Shown here piece by piece: positions 32,407 through 40,486 of a stretch of 55,987 nt of DNA; positions within the stretch are counted from its first letter, which is position 1; every line of letters begins with the position of its first letter. The stretch lies in IMG/VR virus record IMGVR_UViG_3300023106_000004, positions 1-55,987 of that record. The stretch is one strand, 5' to 3'. Made by a program: the position numbers and the translations under genes. The notes below the pieces were generated by a model that saw only the letters and a list, made by a program, of their open reading frames with translations, searched no databases and was not told the origin of the DNA. The DNA is from a virus.

Positions 32407-32868
32407 ATGACATTTGACGAACTAAACAAATGGGATGCCCGATTTTTAGAATTGGCTGATGTTGTTGCTACATGGTCCAAAGGCCCGCGCAAGCGCGTAG
32501 GGGCCTGTTTAGTGCGTCCTAATCGATCCATTGCAAGCCTGGGTTATAACGGCCCGCCTAGAGGCTTTGACGACGAATTATTTCTGACGTTACCGCGCGA
32601 CGAACAACATAAAATTGTTGTGCATGCTGAATACAATGCTCTTGAACAATTGTCCGATAGTGACAAATTGTTAGGCTCGGCTGCAAACCTAACGCTCTAC
32701 GTTACGCCGCTCTACCCATGCAAGCATTGTGCCGAAAAGATCGTGAAAGCTGGAATCGTTAGGGTTGTTGCCTACTGTGGGCACATTTCCGACGATTGGG
32801 CCGAGTCAGCAAAAATTGCTGAAAATATTTTTAAACATGCTGGTGTAGATTACGTTCCTGTTGTATAA
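32407..32868 (+). CDS. dCMP (deoxycytidylate) deaminase
   Basis: HAEYNAL zinc-binding motif and PCKHCAEKI (PCxxC); about 150 aa. Confidence 0.9.
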   Translation: MTFDELNKWDARFLELADVVATWSKGPRKRVGACLVRPNRSIASLGYNGPPRGFDDELFLTLPRDEQHKIVVHAEYNALEQLSDSDKLLGSAANLTLYVTPLYPCKHCAEKIVKAGIVRVVAYCGHISDDWAESAKIAENIFKHAGVDYVPVV

Positions 32869-32885
32869 TTCAGTTGTCACACCGA
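32841..32885 (+). promoter_or_regulatory. early promoter, family member 4 (TATAAT 32864..32869) plus conserved leader
   Basis: GTATAATTCAGTTGTCACACCGACAC; overlaps the deaminase stop; precedes the strong RBS of 32914. Confidence 0.45.
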
Positions 32886-32913
32886 CACAATCTAAACTTT
32901 TGGAGTTAACACT

Positions 32914-33576
32914 ATGGCTACCGCATCACCACGTAAGAGCAAGCCCACTTCCGTTGCTAGTCCTGTTGCTACTGCGTCCGTTCCCGTTTATCAAGAACTT
33001 TCGTTGAATGATGTAATTGAAGCAACCAAGGCTGGTAATATCGTATATACTAGCCCTGCATTTCACAATCCGCTGATCGCATCGGGACAAGTTGAAATCA
33101 ACCCCGATATGATCGATGAACATGGCAATATCGCCACTCGCGCAATTCTTAAGGAAAACAAAATGACTGATACCGCTACCGTTGAAACCAAGCCCGTCTT
33201 TGAAATCGAAGATAACGTTGAAATTCCTGAAAAGGTTCGTAAGACTTCTGGCACGCGTGCCGGTCGTACTGCTGTGTATCCTTTTGAAAAGCTGGAAGTC
33301 GGTCAATCCTTTTTCGTGCCAAATAAAGAAGGTACGAATAAGAAGGGTCAACCGTTTAGCCCTGCCGTTAAGGCAATGGCTTCTACCGTTGCAGGTGCTA
33401 ACGCACGCTACAGCGAAGTGATCGAAGGCGAAACCCGCACGATGAATCGCGGTAAGAACAAGGGTGCAGTTGTTCCCGCAACAAAGCAAACCCGCCTGTT
33501 CAAGCTGTTTGAAGCATCGAAGACGCTGCAAGACGGTTCTACGGTTCCTGGCGCATACGTTAAGCGTATGGAATAA
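32914..33576 (+). CDS. hypothetical protein (220 aa), (Y/F)PFxxLxVGxSF family member
   Basis: GGAG RBS; VYPFEKLEVGQSFFVP; followed by a strong terminator. Confidence 0.6.
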   Translation: MATASPRKSKPTSVASPVATASVPVYQELSLNDVIEATKAGNIVYTSPAFHNPLIASGQVEINPDMIDEHGNIATRAILKENKMTDTATVETKPVFEIEDNVEIPEKVRKTSGTRAGRTAVYPFEKLEVGQSFFVPNKEGTNKKGQPFSPAVKAMASTVAGANARYSEVIEGETRTMNRGKNKGAVVPATKQTRLFKLFEASKTLQDGSTVPGAYVKRME

Positions 33577-33699
33577 TAGTTACGGCCGATTACTAGCGGC
33601 TTAAGGTTTGGTATTCTTTGCTCTGCTAAACCGGTTAACTATAAAAAGCGACTAGGGTTCAGACCCGTGATTCAAGTGTGACCCGCTTGCTACCGCTTC

Positions 33700-33729
33700 A
33701 AACCCCGCCTTTGTGCGGGGTTTGTTTTT
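33700..33729 (+). terminator. rho-independent terminator closing the early region
   Basis: AACCCCGC-CTTTGT-GCGGGGTT followed by TGTTTTT. Confidence 0.65.
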
Positions 33730-33792
33730 GGGGAGTGCCTATGCCCTGGCCGATGCTCTACGGCCCGTCCTGCGGCTGATGCGTGCCCATGC

Positions 33793-33820
33793 TGGACATT
33801 CGGTTACCAAGCCCTACAAT
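33793..33820 (+). promoter_or_regulatory. possible promoter TGGACA-16-TACAAT
   Basis: Hexamers at 33793..33798 and 33815..33820, 21 nt upstream of the ATG at 33842. Confidence 0.3.
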
Positions 33821-33841
33821 ATCCGAATTTAAGGATAAATC

Positions 33842-34192
33842 ATGCCTGGAACTTCCCGCGTTTTAATTCCCGTTTGCTTCGAGAAAACCACAACTGGTAT
33901 TCAAACAGCGCCAGATGGTAGAGCCTATGCTAGTTTGTTTGGTAGCGATGCGTTAGATACAACTTATCAAGCCACAGTAGAAGGTACGGGCGCAGTAACT
34001 GCAACTGTTCAAATTGAAGTATCTAACGATCTTAAAGGATGGTTAGTGGATGCAATTGCTACTTTAGCTTTAACTGGTACAAACGTAGCTACGGCAGGTT
34101 TTACTTCTAGTGCAAACTGGATGTATGTACGCGCAAATATTACCGCAATTACCGGCACTGGTGCTAAGGTAACAGTTACGATTGGCGGTTAA
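33842..34192 (+). CDS. hypothetical beta-rich protein (116 aa)
   Basis: Track ORF; T/A/G/V-rich composition. Confidence 0.55.
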   Translation: MPGTSRVLIPVCFEKTTTGIQTAPDGRAYASLFGSDALDTTYQATVEGTGAVTATVQIEVSNDLKGWLVDAIATLALTGTNVATAGFTSSANWMYVRANITAITGTGAKVTVTIGG

Positions 34193-34193
34193 T

Positions 34194-35489
34194 ATGGGAC
34201 TAGGCTTTTCTAGTTCTTTAAAACGTGCTCAATCTGGTGCGGCTGCTGGTAAAGGGTTTTTAAATTCTTTACAATTTAGTAGTGGTATTGGTGGCGGTAG
34301 TTCACAACCAGTAATCATTAATCCGATAATGTTTGCCAACAGAATTGGCACACCTACTCAGCCAATTTTGAATAGTAGTAATTGGAAACAGTTTAATCAG
34401 CGCGTCGGAATTACAAATTTATCTGACGTTTCGTTGCAACAACTTTTCTTTCGATTTGCTAACGTTAAGGCTGACGGTAATGGCGATTCTGCTGCTACGG
34501 TAAAAATCGGATTGATTGGTGGTAATACTACTTCTACCGATCCGGGACGTTCGCGGCTGTTGACCTGGGACGCTGGCGGCTCAACTTCAAAAGTTATTGC
34601 AGCCGGTGCAATCGCTGAAACCTATCCAACAGACCTTGGCGCACCACTAGCACCGGGTAACATGCTTCAGTTGACTATCAATATTACATTCCCGACTGCA
34701 CCCGCATACGTACCCTGTACTAATATTCAATGTGGCAGTTTCCCATATGATTCTAATGAAGCTGGTGTAACGGTTACTGATAAGAGTATGAGTGGTGTTC
34801 TCGGTTCTTATGCAATGACTCGGCAAATCTTTGGGCCAATCGGTGCATACGGTACGCCTGTTGTTGGCCCTACTGCGGTTAAACCACGTGTGTTGATTTT
34901 TGGCGATTCTATCGTTGTTGGTGCTAACGATACAACAAGTGGTGCGCTAATTGGTTGGTTGCAACGTGCATTGACGGGTTCATATTCCTGGGTTGCTGCT
35001 GCACAAAATGGTTATTCGTGGACCAATATGGTAGGTGCTGCACGTGCACGAACTTTAAGCCCTGTGCGAGATGGGGCATTCACACATGCAATTTCAGGAC
35101 TAAACACTAACGATTTTGGATATGCGGTAAGTGCTGCACAAATTTACGCAGCCATGATTAGCGTTCGTGATGAATTGCTAACAAAAGGTGTAAAGTTAAT
35201 TGTTTGCACATCCTGGCCTCGCACCAATGCAGGTAACACGGCGCAACAAGCTGGTGATCCTGCTAACGTATTTACACGCCGTTCAGACCTTAACCAATTG
35301 ATTCGAGATAACAATGGGGTTGGTTACGGCTATTATGATTTAGCCGCACAAACGGAAGACGGCAATACGGGTTTATGGCGTACCGATCTTGGTTCACCAA
35401 CTGCTGATGGTATTCATCCTGAAACAGTAATTCATACAAATGTTAGAATTGATTTAGCATCTAAATTGTCTACGCTTTTAGCGGTCTAA
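34194..35489 (+). CDS. SGNH/GDSL-family hydrolase (putative polysaccharide/LPS esterase) with N-terminal beta-rich domain
   Basis: Block I VLIFGDSIVVG; GLNTND region; block V DGIHPE near the C-terminus. ATG at 34194 is preferred to the TTG track start. Confidence 0.7.
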   Translation: MGLGFSSSLKRAQSGAAAGKGFLNSLQFSSGIGGGSSQPVIINPIMFANRIGTPTQPILNSSNWKQFNQRVGITNLSDVSLQQLFFRFANVKADGNGDSAATVKIGLIGGNTTSTDPGRSRLLTWDAGGSTSKVIAAGAIAETYPTDLGAPLAPGNMLQLTINITFPTAPAYVPCTNIQCGSFPYDSNEAGVTVTDKSMSGVLGSYAMTRQIFGPIGAYGTPVVGPTAVKPRVLIFGDSIVVGANDTTSGALIGWLQRALTGSYSWVAAAQNGYSWTNMVGAARARTLSPVRDGAFTHAISGLNTNDFGYAVSAAQIYAAMISVRDELLTKGVKLIVCTSWPRTNAGNTAQQAGDPANVFTRRSDLNQLIRDNNGVGYGYYDLAAQTEDGNTGLWRTDLGSPTADGIHPETVIHTNVRIDLASKLSTLLAV

Positions 35490-35507
35490 TTATTTAACAA
35501 TTCTTGC

Positions 35508-35532
35508 AAAGCCGCCTACGGGCGGTTTGTGT
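35508..35532 (+). terminator. stem-loop terminator (weak T tract)
   Basis: AAAGCCGCC-TACG-GGCGGTTT followed by GTGT. Confidence 0.45.
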
Positions 35533-35675
35533 CGTATGCACATCTGACAATCAGTTGCAGACATTGACAGTATGGACGCCTACACTGTGGGCTATCTATG
35601 ACCTACAAGGGCATTATGTTTGCACGTCCATGCTACAGCGGGTATCATTGGCCAATCCGGCCTGAAAGGTCGCAA

Positions 35676-36029
35676 ATGAACTTACCTTTTAAAATGCCCG
35701 ATAAAGATTCAAATTTTGGCAAGTTGACAGATCACACCGGTACAGCCGTTGTAAAGTATTGGCCTATCATTATTGCTGTAGTTGCCGCATCATTATCTGT
35801 AGGTGCGATTTATACTAAGCTTGACTATATCGCTAAGGTGTTAGATCGTAACGAATCGCAATTTAATGCGTTTAATGATCGTCAAACTTTATTTAGTCAA
35901 TCGACTATTGAAATGCGTAGCCAGTTAAGTAATCAAAACGAAACAAACGCAAGGTTTGTGCAACAACTTAACGATATCAATAGGCGCGTAGATGCTATTG
36001 CTGATAAACAAAGGTGGGCTCCAAAATGA
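35676..36029 (+). CDS. single-pass membrane protein with coiled-coil ectodomain (lysis-associated?)
   Basis: ATG at 35676 preceded by AAAGG; TM WPIIIAVVAASLSVGAIY; first gene of the lysis cluster. Confidence 0.5.
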   Translation: MNLPFKMPDKDSNFGKLTDHTGTAVVKYWPIIIAVVAASLSVGAIYTKLDYIAKVLDRNESQFNAFNDRQTLFSQSTIEMRSQLSNQNETNARFVQQLNDINRRVDAIADKQRWAPK

Positions 36030-36319
36030 GTATTGGCATCCGAATCCGTTTCATCGATACTGCTAAAAGCTGGTGGCGCATGTGGAGCATTCGTTTCACC
36101 GCTTTAGGTACTGCCCTATACACATATTTAATTGCATCACCTGATGTAGTTTTACAAGCATGGAACTTTTTACCAAATGATGCTAAATCTTTTATTCCCA
36201 CAGATTATGCTTTATGGATTCCAGCAATCCTTATGGTATTGGGTATGTTTTCCAGAGTCGTTAAACAGGAAAAAATTCCAGACCCGAAAGTAGAAGATGG
36301 CACGCCTAAAAACGATTAG
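36026..36319 (+). CDS. putative holin
   Basis: ATGA coupling; 97 aa with 2-3 hydrophobic helices and a charged C-terminus; directly upstream of the endolysin. Confidence 0.55.
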   Translation: MSIGIRIRFIDTAKSWWRMWSIRFTALGTALYTYLIASPDVVLQAWNFLPNDAKSFIPTDYALWIPAILMVLGMFSRVVKQEKIPDPKVEDGTPKND

Positions 36320-36968
36320 TGCTAATCTGAATGCGCTTTTGGAAACAATTGCGTATGCTGAAGGTACATCAACTAGTCCAATTACCAAAGACGAAGGTTA
36401 CGATGTAATCGTGTCCGGTGTTGATGGTCCTGAGATTATGACTAGTTATGTTGACCATCCGTTTGCAAATGGTCGCAAGTCTAAAGTAATTAACTCTAAA
36501 GGCTTAACTTCTAACGCTGCTGGTAAATATCAGCAAATGTTAAAAGATTGGGCGCACTATAAAAAGTTGTTAGGTTTATTTGATTTTGGACCAATCGCGC
36601 AAGATAGGTTAGCTATTCAACATATTAGAGAATGCCGCGCATTAGTGTTGATTGAGAATGGGGATTTTGAAGGTACGATTGAACGTATTCGTAATATTTG
36701 GGCGTCTTTGCCCGGTGCTGGTTATGGTCAACGTGAACATAATTTCAATGACCTATTGGCAGTATATTTAAGCAAAGGTGGCAAACTGTGGGCATCGAAA
36801 CAATCCTCGGCTTCATTGGTGCAGCCATTGCCGGTATCTTTGGAGCCTTCTTTATCGGACGCACCAAAGGTAAATCCAAAGCCGATACAGACAACCGAAT
36901 CAGACAATCCGAAATCGACTCTCAACGGGTTGTTCAATCTAATCAAAAAGCTGCTGACGCGCAAGTAA
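36297..36968 (+). CDS. endolysin, lambda R-type lytic transglycosylase (GH104) with 60-aa C-terminal extension
   Basis: AYAEGTS...GYDVIVSG...HP...NIWASLPGAGYGQREH is near-identical in pattern to lambda R (WSEGT...GYDVIVGG...NIWASLPGAGYGQFEH). Confidence 0.9.
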   Translation: MARLKTISANLNALLETIAYAEGTSTSPITKDEGYDVIVSGVDGPEIMTSYVDHPFANGRKSKVINSKGLTSNAAGKYQQMLKDWAHYKKLLGLFDFGPIAQDRLAIQHIRECRALVLIENGDFEGTIERIRNIWASLPGAGYGQREHNFNDLLAVYLSKGGKLWASKQSSASLVQPLPVSLEPSLSDAPKVNPKPIQTTESDNPKSTLNGLFNLIKKLLTRK

Positions 36969-37087
36969 AAGCCGCTACAAATTCAACTGAAGTACGCAAT
37001 GAAGTTACTAAGCTTGATAATGGTGATGCTCTTAACGAGTTGCGCACAAACTTCGCCCGTGATTCAGACGGAAACAAAAGTAATTGA
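36788..37087 (+). CDS. i-spanin (Rz-like)
   Basis: GTG start inside a CTGTGGGCA copy; N-terminal TM ILGFIGAAIAGIFGAFFIG; charged coiled periplasmic part; contains the start of the o-spanin gene. Confidence 0.6.
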   Translation: MGIETILGFIGAAIAGIFGAFFIGRTKGKSKADTDNRIRQSEIDSQRVVQSNQKAADAQVKAATNSTEVRNEVTKLDNGDALNELRTNFARDSDGNKSN

Positions 37088-37205
37088 TACGTCTTGCAGT
37101 TGGGTTAAAGTCATTTCAATTTCAATTAAAGATGAGATTAGCGACGTTACCGCCCGTCAGATACTGGCGCATAATCGCCTAGTATTAAAGAATTGTCCGA
37201 AGTGA
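36999..37205 (+). CDS. o-spanin (Rz1-like outer-membrane lipoprotein), overlapping architecture
   Basis: Signal peptide plus lipobox LLTS-C; 68 aa; starts inside the i-spanin gene in another frame and extends beyond it. Confidence 0.7.
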   Translation: MKLLSLIMVMLLTSCAQTSPVIQTETKVIDTSCSWVKVISISIKDEISDVTARQILAHNRLVLKNCPK

Positions 37206-37230
37206 TGTTATATTCGGGCTAAGGCCCTTT

Positions 37231-37617
37231 ATGCAACAAGACGATGAACTTAAATTAAAGGCTGCTTTTGCAGCCTTTTTACTTGAAACAGGCGATAGAT
37301 TCGCGGCCGCATTCAAGCTATACGGCGCTGAAAAAGATCGCGGTGAAGCCCTGCGCATCGCCTTTGCATGGGAGAAAGACCCCGCTGTAATCATTGAAAT
37401 GGAGCGGCTGAAACAGAATCAGCCAAATAAGAATATTCCTACCAAAGAACAGGTTATCGAACAACTTTGGAACATGGCACAAAACGAAAAAGTTTATGCT
37501 AAGGATAGGTCTACCGCTGCATTTATGGTTGCAAAGATGCTGAAGTATGTTGATTCTGATGATACAGAATCTAAACGCATGCCTACGCAACCTGTCTATC
37601 AGATTGTTAAAGAATGA
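37231..37617 (+). CDS. putative terminase small subunit
   Basis: 128-aa helical protein immediately upstream of, and overlapping (ATGA), the large terminase. Confidence 0.5.
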   Translation: MQQDDELKLKAAFAAFLLETGDRFAAAFKLYGAEKDRGEALRIAFAWEKDPAVIIEMERLKQNQPNKNIPTKEQVIEQLWNMAQNEKVYAKDRSTAAFMVAKMLKYVDSDDTESKRMPTQPVYQIVKE

Positions 37618-39074
37618 GTTTCGGCCTAGAGCCATTAGAACCGCTAGAAGCTGTCGTAAGTGAGATATTTCCCGCTTATGCTGAATTGCTGCAACCTGCG
37701 CGATTCAAGTGTGCTTATGGTGGTCGTGGTTCTGCTAAAACTAGAACGTTCGTAACGATCCTATTAAATAACGTCCAATACTTTGGATGGCGCTTAGTTT
37801 GCTTTCGTGAAGTAATGAAGTCGTTAGATGATTCAGTGTTTCAAGAGTTCACTGATGAAATCGAACGAACCGGACGTAACGAATATTTCAAGATTACAAA
37901 AGGGCACATATCGTGTCCTTTGTCCGGTGGTACGATTAAATTTGATGGTTTGTTTAGAAATCAACAAAAACTAAAAGGCTATGCGGGTTTTGATGCGGCA
38001 TGGGTAGAAGAAGCAGAAAACGTTACTGCTGAAAGTTGGAAGTTTCTAATTCCGACATTGCGTAAAGATGGCTCTGAAATTTGGGTTTCTTATAATCCCG
38101 ATGACCCATTAAGCGCAACGCATACAATGTTTGTATCGGATAGAAAATATCCCGATTATGTAAAAAACGATGACGGTACACAACGCCGATATTGCATTGT
38201 ATTAAAAGTTAATTATACCGAAAATCCGCGCTTTCCTGAAGAATTGCAAATTGACATGCAATTAATGAAGGAAAATGATTACGATTTATATTTGCATGTT
38301 TACGAAGGTGAACCCGTAGGTAACAGCGATCTAGCGGTGATTGCTCCTAAATGGATTGCTGCCTGCATTGATGCCCACAAAAAGCCCATAGCGGGCACGG
38401 AAGACCTACTGCCGTTCACTGGTGGCGGATGGATGGCAGGGTTTGACGTAGCTGACGAAGGTAAAGATAAAAATGCTTTCATTTGGCGTCATGGACAAAT
38501 TGTTGTAGGTGCTGAAGAATGGAAAGACGAAGACCCTAATACGGCCGCACGAATGGTATTTAACAATTCGCTGCAAATGGGTATGGATACCGTTACATAC
38601 GATAATATCGGTGTTGGTGCTGGTGCTAAAGGTGCAATTAGGGAAGAGGCTAAAAAAGTTCGTGCTAAAAGCATTAAAGTTAAAATACCTCAATATAGAG
38701 GTTTCACAGCTAATGCATCGCCATTAAATCCCGAAATGCAATACATGCCGGGTAAAACGAATGAGGATATGTTTGTCAACTTAAAAGCACAAACATGGTG
38801 GTTAGTGCGAGATAGGTTTAAAAATACTTACGATGCATTGGCCGGAAAGCCTTATGATCCACAAAAGCTAATCAGCCTGGATTCAACTATCCCTACTGTG
38901 GGCAAACTGGCCGCAGAATTGGCGCAACCTAGACGCGATTTGCAAAACGGCAAAGTTATAATTGAATCCAAAAAAGACATGAAGAAACGCGGTGTTGTAT
39001 CTCCTAACTTAGCAGACGCTTTAGTTATGGCATTTGCACCTGAAAGCGGTTTCAAAATTGAGAATTTAATTTAA
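37614..39074 (+). CDS. terL: terminase large subunit
   Basis: Walker A YGGRGSAKT; Walker B-like AAWVEEAE; C-terminal nuclease-like region; position upstream of the portal. Confidence 0.85.
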   Translation: MSFGLEPLEPLEAVVSEIFPAYAELLQPARFKCAYGGRGSAKTRTFVTILLNNVQYFGWRLVCFREVMKSLDDSVFQEFTDEIERTGRNEYFKITKGHISCPLSGGTIKFDGLFRNQQKLKGYAGFDAAWVEEAENVTAESWKFLIPTLRKDGSEIWVSYNPDDPLSATHTMFVSDRKYPDYVKNDDGTQRRYCIVLKVNYTENPRFPEELQIDMQLMKENDYDLYLHVYEGEPVGNSDLAVIAPKWIAACIDAHKKPIAGTEDLLPFTGGGWMAGFDVADEGKDKNAFIWRHGQIVVGAEEWKDEDPNTAARMVFNNSLQMGMDTVTYDNIGVGAGAKGAIREEAKKVRAKSIKVKIPQYRGFTANASPLNPEMQYMPGKTNEDMFVNLKAQTWWLVRDRFKNTYDALAGKPYDPQKLISLDSTIPTVGKLAAELAQPRRDLQNGKVIIESKKDMKKRGVVSPNLADALVMAFAPESGFKIENLI

Positions 39075-39082
39075 GGTTAGTT

Positions 39083-40486
39083 ATGGCTAAAAAAGTACGA
39101 TTAGATAATGGCTATATGAATGCGTTTATGCCAGTTCGGCGTGGCCGTAGTTTAAATTACAGTGCTGAAATGATGGGCGGTGGTAACTATCTTAGTCAAC
39201 CGCAATTGCAATCGTTATATATGCATAACGGTTTTGCACGTATTATTTGCGATAGTGTCGCTGAAGAAATGACTAGGGCGGGTTTTGAAATCAAAAGTAA
39301 AAACGATGCTTTAACTGAAGATGACATTGATACTATTAAATCACGTTTAGAAGAATTAGACGCCGTTAAACATTTTAATGAATCGCTTAAATGGAGCGGT
39401 GCGTTTGGTGGTGGATTAGTTGTTTTAGGTTTAGATGACGGCAATAAAGATATGGCTGTAGAATTAAATGAAGAATCTATTACTCGCGTTGATTTTATGC
39501 GCGTATATGATCGTTTCGATGCTATACCCGAAAGCCGATACGACGATCCAACTAACGAAAAGTACGGAAAAGTGGCAGTTTGGAAAATAACGCCGCGTCA
39601 AATGGGAGGTTCCTATTTGGTACATGAAACCCGTACTTTATGGTTTGACGGTGAATCTGTACCAAATGATATTAGGTCTGAAAATGATGGATGGGGTGCA
39701 GCTAGACTTCAAACTTGTTTAGTTCAACTAGTGCGCATGGATAGTGCCCACAAGTTAGCACTATTGCTGATGGATCGCATGCAACAAGCTGTGCATAAGA
39801 TTCCCAATTTATCTGAAATGGTCGGTGACGCTGAAGGGGAAGCGGCAGTTGCTAAGCGTGTTCAAGTTGTTGATATGGTACGCGGCGCATTGAATACCAT
39901 TATTATTGATGCGTTAGAAGAATATCAAATTACATCATTATCTATTTCTGGTGTTAATGATTTGTTAGATAGATTCGCTGAAGCATTAAGCGCAGTATCT
40001 CGCGTGCCTGTATTCATCTTAATGGGGCGTACAGTTGGCGGTTTAGGCGGTAATGGCGAATCGTCTAAAGAAGGTTGGTATGCGCAAGTGGAAGCATGGC
40101 AAAACGACAAACTGCGTAAACCGCTAGATCGTTTAATCTCATTTATTTTGTTAGAAATGTCAAAGGGTAAAACCGATGGCGGTTCTTACACACTTGAATT
40201 TAATCCGTTGTCCGCACCTAGTGACAAAGATCAAGCTGAAATTGATTACAAAAAAGAACAAGCTAAAAAGGCCAAAGCTGATACGTTAAACGTTTACGTT
40301 ACTGCCGGTGCAATGGATCAAGACGAAATGCGCGAAGAAATCCGCGAAGAATACAACTTGATTGGTACAGCACCAGAGCCAGAGCCTGAACCATTAGAAA
40401 ACGTTGTGTTAAACCCTGGACAAAAGATCGCACCAAATCTACCGGGCCATAATAATCCTGCCCTACCTGTGGGCAAGAAGAAATGA
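39083..40486 (+). CDS. portal protein (DUF1073-type)
   Basis: Size, position after terL, and the conserved ...GGGLVVLGLDDG... / WFDGE... pattern of DUF1073 portals. Confidence 0.8.
   Translation: MAKKVRLDNGYMNAFMPVRRGRSLNYSAEMMGGGNYLSQPQLQSLYMHNGFARIICDSVAEEMTRAGFEIKSKNDALTEDDIDTIKSRLEELDAVKHFNESLKWSGAFGGGLVVLGLDDGNKDMAVELNEESITRVDFMRVYDRFDAIPESRYDDPTNEKYGKVAVWKITPRQMGGSYLVHETRTLWFDGESVPNDIRSENDGWGAARLQTCLVQLVRMDSAHKLALLLMDRMQQAVHKIPNLSEMVGDAEGEAAVAKRVQVVDMVRGALNTIIIDALEEYQITSLSISGVNDLLDRFAEALSAVSRVPVFILMGRTVGGLGGNGESSKEGWYAQVEAWQNDKLRKPLDRLISFILLEMSKGKTDGGSYTLEFNPLSAPSDKDQAEIDYKKEQAKKAKADTLNVYVTAGAMDQDEMREEIREEYNLIGTAPEPEPEPLENVVLNPGQKIAPNLPGHNNPALPVGKKK

Noticed and set aside
32926-33531. 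201-aa minus-strand ORF antisense to 32914..33576
   Set aside because: It has no promoter, RBS or partner genes on that strand. The + strand ORF has a family promoter, a GGAG RBS, the paralogue motif and a terminator.
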